64,000 bases of DNA, taken from contig JAZQYK010000061.1 in NCBI GenBank assembly GCA_045633505.1, positions 1,213 to 65,212 on the forward strand. The letters run 5' to 3'. Source of the stretch: Candidatus Fimenecus sp. (GTDB taxonomy: Bacteria; Bacillota; Clostridia; Oscillospirales; Acutalibacteraceae). The notes beneath the pieces are model-generated. The model saw nothing but the letters and a program-made list of their open reading frames with translations. It did not search any database and had not been told where the DNA came from. The translations under genes and the position numbers were made by a program. Every line of letters starts with the position of its first letter. The stretch's first letter is position 1. This document shows, piece by piece, positions 56,110 through 64,000 of this stretch.

Positions 56110-57765
56110 TTATTTATCAGGAAAATACGATTTTGAAGCGTCATAATCAAAGGAATCTTGGTAGTGAACATCATCAATAGTGAAATCGTTAACAGGCCAT
56201 TCTCTTGATTCAACAAAATGTTCTTCTGCCATTTCTCCAAAATGATTATATGTAAGATAAAATGGCAATTCTTTACGGTAATACATTGAATCTACAAGAA
56301 CTATATGATTCACACCATAATGCGATACTTTTGCAGATTGGGCAATATAGGCACGTCTTTCTGTAGTATTATGTGGGAATGAATATTCATACCCGCTGAA
56401 TTGCATGTAATAGCCATTAGATGAATTATATAATTCAGTAATATCAAAGTATTCAGAGGATACTATTTCACCGTTTTTCTCTGATAAGGCAATAAAGAAT
56501 TGTCCGTTAAAGTTTGTGTAATCTTCTTCACTCCATTTATCACTTGAATTAGAGTAAACAAAATCATCCCAGTAAAAATCCAAGTAGAACGCATTACGAT
56601 ATGCAGTAGCATCATTCGGTAATGAAATTCTGTTCAAAGCCCTTATTCCACCATCTTCAAAATAGAAATAAAATGTTTCTATTTTTTCAGGTGTCCAATC
56701 ACGCTCATTACGTTCAGAAATCTGCATATAAGTCGAATTTGTATATTTCAATATTTCACTGTCAGGTAAATCGTTTAAGTATTCTTGCGGAAATCCTAAA
56801 TCAAGCATATGTTCTTTTGCAAAAAGTACCTTGTCCTGCGAAATTGATGTATCAACTGAATTGTATTTTTCGTACGCAGTTTCACGAGAAGCAGAAAGAT
56901 ACATAAAACAAAGTGGAACTGCTATTAGAACAATTACAATTGCAGAATAGAGGCATTTTTCTTTCTTATTAAGAGTGTGGTTCAATTCTATTTCAGGCTC
57001 TTTATGTGAAAGAATTTTTTTAGCATTGTATATTGAAATTAAAGCTACAAAGAATGAAATATAAACAAATACCGATATGGTTTCATAATTTGTCCATTCA
57101 TTAAAGGAATAATTTGCTATGAAAAGCAGAATTGAAAAATAACCTATGTATAAATGAGGCGAGGTTTCATTTTCGTGCATAACTTGTTGACACGCTTTTT
57201 CTAGTGAAGAAAACAGAAACCAGTAAAATATTGCATAAAAAACTGCTGATGCAATAATAAACAAATTTGTATAAGTTTCCTCTAAAACAAAATAAGTTTC
57301 AAAGAAAAATCTTACGCTTTGAAATAGTGATAATATAGGGAAAATAATCAAAGCAATTTTAGATTGTTTATTCAGACATCTTATTTTGAAAAGACTGTAA
57401 AGAATTAAAAGCTGCCCAATAAGCAGATTTAACTTTTCTAATCCTGAAATAAATTCAAAGTTAAGATAAGTGAAAATAAAGCCCCATATAAGAATATTTA
57501 ATGAGGATTTCATATAAGCAGGCGGTGAAACAGAGTACAACGCACCAAATGAATCGGCAAGTTTTTCTTTATCTCCCATTTTCTCAATTGCTTTGTTTTG
57601 CGATGTTTCATCATCAATACCTAAAGCAGAATTGCGGTTATATTCTTCTAATAGGTGAGAGTATAATTCCTCACGTACCTCGGATTTCTTTTTTGGAGAC
57701 ATAATTTTTCTGCATACTGATTTTGTGTAATCTTCAAATTTATGGAATTTTTTTAGTTCGCTCAT
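56110..57765 (-). CDS. Uncharacterised multi-pass membrane protein, same architecture (paralog A)
   Basis: N-terminus EVREELYSHLLEEYNRNSALGIDDETSQNKAIEKMGDKEKLADSF, multiple TM segments, and a C-terminal domain with DLPDSEILKY and RAYIAQS. Confidence 0.6.
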   Translation of the reverse strand: MSELKKFHKFEDYTKSVCRKIMSPKKKSEVREELYSHLLEEYNRNSALGIDDETSQNKAIEKMGDKEKLADSFGALYSVSPPAYMKSSLNILIWGFIFTYLNFEFISGLEKLNLLIGQLLILYSLFKIRCLNKQSKIALIIFPILSLFQSVRFFFETYFVLEETYTNLFIIASAVFYAIFYWFLFSSLEKACQQVMHENETSPHLYIGYFSILLFIANYSFNEWTNYETISVFVYISFFVALISIYNAKKILSHKEPEIELNHTLNKKEKCLYSAIVIVLIAVPLCFMYLSASRETAYEKYNSVDTSISQDKVLFAKEHMLDLGFPQEYLNDLPDSEILKYTNSTYMQISERNERDWTPEKIETFYFYFEDGGIRALNRISLPNDATAYRNAFYLDFYWDDFVYSNSSDKWSEEDYTNFNGQFFIALSEKNGEIVSSEYFDITELYNSSNGYYMQFSGYEYSFPHNTTERRAYIAQSAKVSHYGVNHIVLVDSMYYRKELPFYLTYNHFGEMAEEHFVESREWPVNDFTIDDVHYQDSFDYDASKSYFPDK

Positions 57766-57797
57766 AAAATAACCCCCAAATATAAATTACATTTAAA

Positions 57798-58142
57798 TCA
57801 AATTGCAGAAAACTCACCATTTAAAACCTTGCCAACAGCAGTACTGTATTCTTCCCACTCCTGTTTTTGTGATGCAAGTTCACGCAGTCCTTTATCAGTT
57901 ATTTTGTAGTATTTTCTCTTTCTGCCGTTTTCTTCACTTTCAACCCATCTTGAAGTGAGATAATCTTCTTTTTCAAGTGAGTGAAGAATAGGGTAGAGGG
58001 TGCCCTCGTTCATCTGAAACACATTTTCAGACATCATTTCAACGGTTTTGATAATCTGGTAGCCGTACATTTCACCTCTTGAAATTACGCTTAATACCAA
58101 CATTCCTGTGCTGCCTTTTGATAGTTCTTTGCTGATTTTCAT
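57798..58142 (-). CDS. PadR family transcriptional regulator
   Basis: Winged-helix motif MYGYQI....E.......NEGTLYPILH.LE...YL...W......RKRKYY.IT..G. Confidence 0.87.
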   Translation of the reverse strand: MKISKELSKGSTGMLVLSVISRGEMYGYQIIKTVEMMSENVFQMNEGTLYPILHSLEKEDYLTSRWVESEENGRKRKYYKITDKGLRELASQKQEWEEYSTAVGKVLNGEFSAI

Positions 58143-58242
58143 AAAAATACTCCTTTCAGTATTACATAGATATTCGAGGTATAGGGTTTATTAAAAAAGG
58201 TATCCCTCAAATATTCAGTTTCAAAGGATACCTTGATAATCT

Positions 58243-58258
58243 ATGTATAGAATAACAC
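58243..58258. promoter_or_regulatory. Candidate PadR operator dyad
   Basis: ATGT-atagaata-ACAC is one mismatch from the ATGT-N8-ACAT dyad type. It overlaps the predicted -10 of the padR promoter. Confidence 0.35.
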
Positions 58259-58277
58259 GATTTTTTTAACTTGTCAA
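58249..58277 (-). promoter_or_regulatory. Sigma-A promoter candidate for the padR operon
   Basis: Minus strand reads TTGACA (58277-58272), a 17-nt spacer, then TATTCT (58254-58249). Confidence 0.45.
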
Positions 58278-58279
58278 TA

Positions 58280-58310
58280 CAAAAAAGGAGCTGATATAAA
58301 ATCAACTCCT
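58280..58310 (-). terminator. Rho-independent terminator after the SDR gene
   Basis: Minus strand reads aggagttgat-tttat-atcagctcct followed by TTTTTT. Confidence 0.65.
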
Positions 58311-58321
58311 AAAATTTATAA

Positions 58322-59164
58322 TTATTTATTGCCTTTCTTTTCGTAACCAAACGTTGAAGCGAAAAGGTCGATTTTAAAGGCTTTGATTACAGAACTGAAA
58401 AGTCTTGAACCCTGTACAGGCATAAGTCTGTTAAATCTGCCCATTGCATTGCCGTCAAATCCAACAACGATATATGACTTTTTACGGAGAATACCTTTAA
58501 GGATTTTGTTTACTGCTACGTGGCAAGGTGTTGAAACCATATTGATAAGGTCCATACCGTTTGTTTCACCCTGATTTCTGAAAATGTCCGTTTTTGTAAA
58601 TCCCGGGCAAACGAGACCTATGTATGCTTCGCCGCGAAGTTCTTCTCTCATTGCCTCAGTCAAGCCTTTAACTGCGGCTTTACTTGCAGAATACATTGAT
58701 GTTCCGCCGAGTGCCATAAGTGCGGCAGATGATGCAACGTTTATAATTGCAGGAGTTTCACTTTTGAGGAGAAGGGGAAGCATAATTTTTGAAGAATATG
58801 CAGCTGAATAGAAGTCAATGTTGATTGACTCGTCAATTTCTTCCTTTGAATAGTTCATGAGTCTGTCGAAACGAGGAAGAACACCGGCATTATTGATAAG
58901 TACGTCAGGTGCAATGTTGCTTTCAACAAGCCAATCGTGAAAACTCTGCCAATTATCATAACTTGAAACGTCAAAAAGTTTATAGGAAAATAACTTTGCA
59001 TAATCGCCAAGCTCTTCAACGAAATTGAGCATTTTCTTTTCACTTCTTGCAACACCGATAACTTTACAGTTATGCTCTTTTATAAGTCTTTCAGCAAGCA
59101 TTTTGCCGATACCGCTTGATGCACCTGTAATGATTACGGTCTTATTATCAATCCACTTTGCCAT
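58322..59164 (-). CDS. SDR-family oxidoreductase (short-chain dehydrogenase/reductase)
   Basis: TGASSGIG cofactor motif, NNAG and YSASK (YxxxK). The ATG at 59164 is used (the track start at 59209 is upstream). Confidence 0.85.
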   Translation of the reverse strand: MAKWIDNKTVIITGASSGIGKMLAERLIKEHNCKVIGVARSEKKMLNFVEELGDYAKLFSYKLFDVSSYDNWQSFHDWLVESNIAPDVLINNAGVLPRFDRLMNYSKEEIDESINIDFYSAAYSSKIMLPLLLKSETPAIINVASSAALMALGGTSMYSASKAAVKGLTEAMREELRGEAYIGLVCPGFTKTDIFRNQGETNGMDLINMVSTPCHVAVNKILKGILRKKSYIVVGFDGNAMGRFNRLMPVQGSRLFSSVIKAFKIDLFASTFGYEKKGNK

Positions 59165-59197
59165 TAAACACACCTCAAAATAAAAATTTACTGACAA

Positions 59198-59226
59198 ATT
59201 ATACCACAAACCTTTGCTATTTTCAA
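59198..59226 (-). promoter_or_regulatory. Extended -10 promoter candidate for the SDR gene
   Basis: Minus strand reads TTGAAA, a 17-nt spacer, then TGgTATAAT. Confidence 0.5.
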
Positions 59227-59465
59227 CAGTATATAATTTGTTTTTTTGTTTTTGAGAATATAAATTTGTTGATGAGATATTAAAAATATAAAAGTTAATT
59301 CATAATTTCCATTATTAACCAGCGAAGCGGCTTCAATATTCATTGTTTATCACGAAAATTTGTTTTTAATGAATTTCGGTACCCGCCAACCGCTCTTGTC
59401 TAAAAACAGTTTACCGAACTGTTTTCTTAACGCCAAAACCTTCACAGGTTCAAGTCTTTATATCA

Positions 59466-59504
59466 AACAAAAAAATTGAGAACCCGCAAAAGCGAATTCT
59501 CAAT
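59466..59504 (-). terminator. Rho-independent terminator after tRNA-Pro
   Basis: Minus strand reads attgagaa..ttctcaat with an inner cgc/gcg stem, followed by a T-run. Confidence 0.65.
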
Positions 59505-59507
59505 TTT

Positions 59508-59583
59508 TGGTCGGAGTGACAGGACTTGAACCTGCGGCCTCTTGACCCCCAGTCAAGCGCGCTCCCAGCTGCGCCACACCCCG
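59508..59583 (-). tRNA. tRNA-Pro (anticodon GGG), CCA encoded
   Basis: The reverse complement folds as a 76-nt cloverleaf: acceptor CGGGGTG/CACTCCG, D arm GCGC-AGCTGGGA-GCGC, anticodon arm CTTGA-CTGGGGG-TCAAG, T arm GCAGG-TTCAAGT-CCTGT, then ACCA. Confidence 0.92.
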
Positions 59584-59706
59584 TTATTGTCAACTCACAA
59601 TATAATAACATAATCAAAAGAAATTTGCAAGTATTTTTAATATATTCATCTTTCCCTTTGCCTTTTTGCAATAAGTGTGTTAGAATTAAGAAAAGGAGTT
59701 GTTCTT

Positions 59707-60615
59707 ATGAAAATGTCATTAAAGATTTTGTTGTTGGTTGTTGCTGTAATTTTAGCATTGACTATCGCATTTTCAGTTGCTTTTTATTGGTATTATCCAC
59801 ATTATAAAGAAATGAAAAAAGAAGTAACCGTACAAGATATTTATCGCGAAAACGAGTTGAGAGTAATGAGTTGTAACGTCCGTTGCATCTCACCGACTGA
59901 TTTAGGTAAAAAAAGCTGGTTTTACCGTGCCGACCTGATAATGCAAGGCATTCAAAAAGAACAACCTGGTGTTATCGGTTTTCAAGAGGTTACTAAATGG
60001 CATTATTCTTATCTTTGCGACACGTTAGCGTTGTATGATTCGGTAATTACATATCGTGATGATGCTTTCAATTCGGAGGGCTGTCCGATTTTCTATCGTT
60101 CAGATATTTATACACTTATTGATAAAGGCTCGTTCTGGTTGTCAGAAACACCTGACGTAATGAGTAAATCCTGGGGTGCACAGTTTAACAGAGTTTGCAG
60201 TTACGTTATTCTCAAAGATAACGCCACAGAAACAGAGTTTGTTGTGTTTAACACACATTTAAGCCACGTCAGTGATGAAGCGCGTATAAACGGCATACAA
60301 GTGGTTTTAGACAAAATTAAAGAGTTTGGTTCATTACCTGCCGTGCTTATTGGTGACCTTAACGCAGAAGAAGATTCAGAAACGTACAAGAGTGCAACGG
60401 TAAACTTCCTTGACACTAAATATCAGACTGAAAATACAATGACAAGCTGTACCTATCAGGGTTGGGGCGAGCAACTCGACAGAAATTGTATTGACTATAT
60501 TTTGGTCTCAAAAACAGGTTTCAGAACAAATTCATATAGAGTTGTGACAGATACTTACGACGGTGTTTATTCAAGTGACCATTTCCCGTTGTCAGTAAGT
60601 CTTTCTTTTGAATAA
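59707..60615 (+). CDS. Endonuclease/exonuclease/phosphatase (EEP) family protein with N-terminal TM anchor
   Basis: RVMSCNVR, GFQEV, FNTHL, GDLNA and SDHFPL motifs. The ATG at 59707 follows AAGGAG. Confidence 0.8.
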   Translation: MKMSLKILLLVVAVILALTIAFSVAFYWYYPHYKEMKKEVTVQDIYRENELRVMSCNVRCISPTDLGKKSWFYRADLIMQGIQKEQPGVIGFQEVTKWHYSYLCDTLALYDSVITYRDDAFNSEGCPIFYRSDIYTLIDKGSFWLSETPDVMSKSWGAQFNRVCSYVILKDNATETEFVVFNTHLSHVSDEARINGIQVVLDKIKEFGSLPAVLIGDLNAEEDSETYKSATVNFLDTKYQTENTMTSCTYQGWGEQLDRNCIDYILVSKTGFRTNSYRVVTDTYDGVYSSDHFPLSVSLSFE

Positions 60616-60636
60616 TTATTTAATTAAGGTGATTAT

Positions 60637-61065
60637 ATGTCAAAATATTCAGAACGTGCCGTAGAATTGTTCAAGCAAGGCAAAAATTGCTCTCAGGCAG
60701 TTTTTACTGCTTTTGCAACTGATTACGGACTCAGTGAAGATATGGCTTTAAACATATCTGTTGGACTTGGCGGCGGAGTTGGTAGGCTTCGGGAAGTCTG
60801 CGGTGCAATCAGCGGCAGTGCAATGGTTGTGGGACTTGTACATCCTGAATATGATAAAGCCAAGGTTTATGAGAAAGTTCAGCTTATAACTGATGAATTC
60901 AAAAAAACAAACCGTTCAATCGTTTGTAAAGAACTTTTGGGACTCTCAAATGCTGAAAAGTCCAGTAAGCCTGAAGAAAGAACGGCTGAATATTATCAAA
61001 AACGTCCGTGCGTGCAAATCGTTGAGGATGCAGTAAAAGCAACGGAGAAAATTTTGTTTGGGTGA
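60637..61065 (+). CDS. C_GCAxxG_C_C family protein
   Basis: NCSQAV...F, the GGG....VCGAISG core and a C-terminal C...V match this small redox-associated family. Confidence 0.72.
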   Translation: MSKYSERAVELFKQGKNCSQAVFTAFATDYGLSEDMALNISVGLGGGVGRLREVCGAISGSAMVVGLVHPEYDKAKVYEKVQLITDEFKKTNRSIVCKELLGLSNAEKSSKPEERTAEYYQKRPCVQIVEDAVKATEKILFG

Positions 61066-61076
61066 GGTAAAGAAGT

Positions 61077-63758
61077 ATGGGACAATCTTATGCTTATTTT
61101 GAAAACGGAACTGCTATTATCGGTAACGATTATATTGAGCGTCGTTTTTCTACTGAAGGAAATAAATTAAGAACGAATGAAATTACAAACAAGAGAATTG
61201 ACGGATACAAGAAACTTGTGTTTCAAAAATTTTCAGCAGAATTTTTCATTGCCTTTAAGCGTAAAAAACTTTTAGGCTTTACAACTGATTTCTTATCATC
61301 AAACGACTTAACTCTTGATAACGTAAATGTGTTTAAACGCAGAGTTGAATTCATCTTTAAACCGTATGCATATAATGGTGCAAGAATTACGTTTATTGTC
61401 AACGTTGAGATTGAAGACGATAAGCATTATATGCACAAATATATTGAGATGATGGTTGATTCTGATAGACAACAGCTTGTCACAATCGATTATATTGATT
61501 GTGAGCATATTTGTATTGATTCTCTTGAACAGACGTGGACGATAGGTGATATAGAAAAAGCGCATATCAGCGGATATCACGCGTCACTCGGCCAACCTTT
61601 TTATATGAACGGTATGTTCTTCGGTTCTGAATTTCCGCTTACTGAAACGAAAATTAAAGATAAAGTCGGATATATCCGATATTACAGCGGCAAACGTTTT
61701 GACCGTCTTAAACTTAATTGCGGACATACGTACAGAACCTGGAAAACAGTTGCGGGTGCGGCAAGAAGTCTTGACGGACGCGTAATTCGAGAAGATTTTC
61801 TTGCATATATTCGCGATATATCAAGAAAAGTTCAGCCGCGTTTTCAATACAATTCGTGGTATGACCACATGCACGATATAACAAACGAAAATATCGGTAA
61901 GTCATTTATGGAAATAGAAAAAGGACTCACAAAAAACCTTGTTCCGCCTCTCGACTCTTACGTAGTTGATGACGGATTCGTTGATTGGGATGCTGATTTC
62001 TGGGCATTTAACAAAAAATTCCCTAATGAATTGTATCCTGCATCCTCACTTGCCCGAAAATTTTCTTCTGAATTCGGTCTTTGGAACGGACCGCGCGGCG
62101 GATATAATGAAAAGACCGGTAAGTTTGGTAAAAAAATGGAGAAAGCAGGTAAAGGCGGTTATAACAAGGCCGCAAATGACGTTTGTGTGTCTTCTTTGGA
62201 TTACGTAAAAAACATTACGGAATATTATCTTGATTACACAAAGAAATTTGATATCAACTATTGGAAATTAGATGGCTTTTTACTTCACGCTTGTCCAAGT
62301 AAAAAACACGGCCACATGGTTGGCGGACATAACGGAATGTATCAATATACGGAAATGTGGGAAAATTGGATTGATATTTTCCGCAAAATGCGTTTAAGCC
62401 GTGAAACCATCGGTAAAGATATGTGGATAAATCAGACGAGTTATTCAATTCCAAGCCCATGGTTTTTACAGTGGTCTGACAGCCTTTGGATTCAAAACAG
62501 TGAAGACATTGGATTTATGGACAAAACCAAAAAAGGCGAAAAACTTGGCGATAAAGATGTTGACCGAACACTTACTTACCGTGATAATTGCTATTACGAT
62601 TTTAGTGTTGCAAGAAAATATCAGTTCCCAAATGAATTCTTATATAATCACGACCCAATCTATGGCAATACTGCAAAAATTTCAATGACTGACGAAGAAT
62701 ATCGTAAATATATGTTTATGATGACAACTCGTGGCACGGCATTTTGGGAACTTTATTATTCTTATAATATGTTCAATGATGCAAAATGGCGTATCAATGC
62801 GGATGCACTCAGGTTTATCCGTAACGAGTATGACACTCTCAAGACGTCGCAAATTATCGGCGGATGTCCGGCAAACGGTGAGGTTTACGGTTATTCTGCT
62901 TGGACGGAAAACAGAGGTGTCGTTTCATTGCGAAATCCTGCCCAACGTAGTCAATCTTTCAAATTTAAACTTGATGAACCCTTCGGTACTTATAAAGGAA
63001 CTGAAAATTTAAAACGTGCTTTCGTTTATCCTTATGAGCGCAAATTAGATGAAAAAACGTATAGCTATGGCGATGAAATTTCAGTAGAATTAGCGCCGCA
63101 CGAAGTTGTTATAATGAAGTTCAGTAACGTTCAGGAAAGCGTACCGCAACTCATTTATGGCAGATTTGAAAGCGAAAAAGAACTGTTGCTTTTCTTCAAT
63201 GACAGAATTTATATTAGCGATGATATGATTTCATCAAATGCAAAAATTGCAGGATTTGAATTGCTTGAAGATTACAGCACCTTAAAAGTAATTTTTGAAA
63301 ATCCCGTTAAAAAGCCTTATGTTTCATTGACTGTTAAAAATTCCTTTGGCGATTTTACAGATGTAACTTTTAGGGGTAAATATTATCCTGATTGTATTTG
63401 TGATGATAATAAATTGCCAAGTGACAGAGATTTTACCGTTCAATGCACAATAAACAATATTGAAGACGGAAAACTTATTGGCTTCTCGGAAATTTTCAAC
63501 GTGAGCAGCCACAGCGGATATGCGGTTATCCGACTTGGTGATAAGATAAGCCACAGTGAAGCATTTTTGAAGGCAGGGGATAAACTTTCGGTTGTGTGTG
63601 AACCTAACGGTTTATTAAAACTTTATGTTAATTCAGTTTTGGCTTGTTCAGTTTATAGTGAAGAGCCTTTAAACCTTGAGAGTGAAGAAGTTATATTAGC
63701 TGAAAATGTTGATGACCTTAAAATTATGTCAAAGGCATTTTCTTATGATGAAATTTGA
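61077..63758 (+). CDS. Uncharacterised 893-aa protein, probable glycoside hydrolase (TIM-barrel core with GH-D-clan-like strand motifs) with C-terminal beta-sandwich/LamG-like region
   Basis: Strand-end motifs NSWYD, VVDDGF, GLWNGP and YWKLDGF resemble GH27/31/36-type barrels. The C-terminal ..GLLKLYVNSVLA.. segment is LamG-like. No confident family assignment. Confidence 0.4.
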   Translation: MGQSYAYFENGTAIIGNDYIERRFSTEGNKLRTNEITNKRIDGYKKLVFQKFSAEFFIAFKRKKLLGFTTDFLSSNDLTLDNVNVFKRRVEFIFKPYAYNGARITFIVNVEIEDDKHYMHKYIEMMVDSDRQQLVTIDYIDCEHICIDSLEQTWTIGDIEKAHISGYHASLGQPFYMNGMFFGSEFPLTETKIKDKVGYIRYYSGKRFDRLKLNCGHTYRTWKTVAGAARSLDGRVIREDFLAYIRDISRKVQPRFQYNSWYDHMHDITNENIGKSFMEIEKGLTKNLVPPLDSYVVDDGFVDWDADFWAFNKKFPNELYPASSLARKFSSEFGLWNGPRGGYNEKTGKFGKKMEKAGKGGYNKAANDVCVSSLDYVKNITEYYLDYTKKFDINYWKLDGFLLHACPSKKHGHMVGGHNGMYQYTEMWENWIDIFRKMRLSRETIGKDMWINQTSYSIPSPWFLQWSDSLWIQNSEDIGFMDKTKKGEKLGDKDVDRTLTYRDNCYYDFSVARKYQFPNEFLYNHDPIYGNTAKISMTDEEYRKYMFMMTTRGTAFWELYYSYNMFNDAKWRINADALRFIRNEYDTLKTSQIIGGCPANGEVYGYSAWTENRGVVSLRNPAQRSQSFKFKLDEPFGTYKGTENLKRAFVYPYERKLDEKTYSYGDEISVELAPHEVVIMKFSNVQESVPQLIYGRFESEKELLLFFNDRIYISDDMISSNAKIAGFELLEDYSTLKVIFENPVKKPYVSLTVKNSFGDFTDVTFRGKYYPDCICDDNKLPSDRDFTVQCTINNIEDGKLIGFSEIFNVSSHSGYAVIRLGDKISHSEAFLKAGDKLSVVCEPNGLLKLYVNSVLACSVYSEEPLNLESEEVILAENVDDLKIMSKAFSYDEI

Positions 63759-63771
63759 TGGGGAAATTATT

Positions 63772-64000
63772 ATGTCAGAGCTTAATAAACAATTATTGGC
63801 AAAAACCGCTGGGGTTGCAAATCAGGATAATATTATCTTGAGCAATAACGTCAGGGTGACTGTTTTAACCGAAAGAATGCTTCGTGTTGAATTTTCTGCT
63901 GACGGAGTGTTTACTGATTTGCCTTCACAAAGTGTATGGTTCAGAGATTTCGGTAAAGTAAACTGTACCTTTGACGTTAAAGCCGATTCGTTAAAAGTTA
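63772..64000 (+). CDS. Partial CDS (5' end only), unknown; possibly a further glycoside hydrolase
   Basis: The ATG at 63772 lies 14 nt after the preceding stop, and the frame stays open to the window end (MSELNKQLLAKTAGVANQDNIILSNNVRVTVLTERMLRVEFSADG..). It resembles N-terminal beta-sandwich leaders of GH31-type enzymes by recall only. Confidence 0.35.
   Translation, partial: MSELNKQLLAKTAGVANQDNIILSNNVRVTVLTERMLRVEFSADGVFTDLPSQSVWFRDFGKVNCTFDVKADSLKV

Noticed and set aside
59445-59456. 12-nt match to the tRNA-Pro T-arm as a possible att site of an integrated element
   Set aside because: The match is in inverted rather than direct orientation and is only about 12 nt long. No integrase or other mobile-element gene lies nearby. 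It is mentioned only as part of the unexplained spacer.
52965-59600. Genomic island integrated at tRNA-Pro (M28 peptidase through SDR)
   Set aside because: I found no integrase, no direct repeat of the tRNA 3' end and no mobility genes. Only a by-eye impression of lower GC in the two paralog genes supports it, which is insufficient to call a mobile element.
59450-59807. ORFs 59450..59671 (-) and 59526..59807 (+)
   Set aside because: They overlap tRNA-Pro and its terminator or promoter region. They have no RBS and a non-coding-like composition.

Overview
The window looks like a chromosomal segment from a low-GC, spore-forming Firmicute, probably a Clostridia or Oscillospiraceae-type organism. 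Supporting observations are a type A RNase P RNA, an IspH-S1 fusion, and the genes gpr, spoIIP, spoVAE, ypeB and a SpoIID-domain gene. I support about 60 protein genes, and most are core housekeeping. These include a cysteine desulfurase with thiI, pncC, galE, recD2, comM/yifB, a phosphohexomutase, rpsT, ackA, tmcAL, cmk, plsC, ispH-rpsA, ligA, an RluA-family synthase and an amino-acid ABC transporter. RNA features are RNase P RNA (14136..14464), a TPP riboswitch with terminator platform ahead of thiT (17112..17247) and tRNA-Pro(GGG) (59508..59583, minus strand). I saw no CRISPR array, transposase, integrase, phage module or recognisable defence system. The stretches that look accessory or uncharacterised are: (1) two translationally coupled class B sortase paralogs followed by a membrane SpoIID-domain fusion protein; (2) a 1382-aa multidomain surface protein with internal 120-bp near-identical repeats and Cys-containing cell-wall-binding repeats; (3) a PadR-led operon with two divergent paralogous multi-pass membrane proteins of unknown function, close to tRNA-Pro; (4) an NhaC-family transporter with an N-terminal DnaJ-like 4x CxxC module; (5) a cohesin-like anchored protein with a coupled zinc-ribbon gene; (6) an orphan spoVAE behind a terminator-containing leader; and (7) an unassigned 893-aa glycosidase-like protein. 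All functional calls rest on my own motif and family recognition, with no database search. Start codons are adjusted by eye using RBS context.
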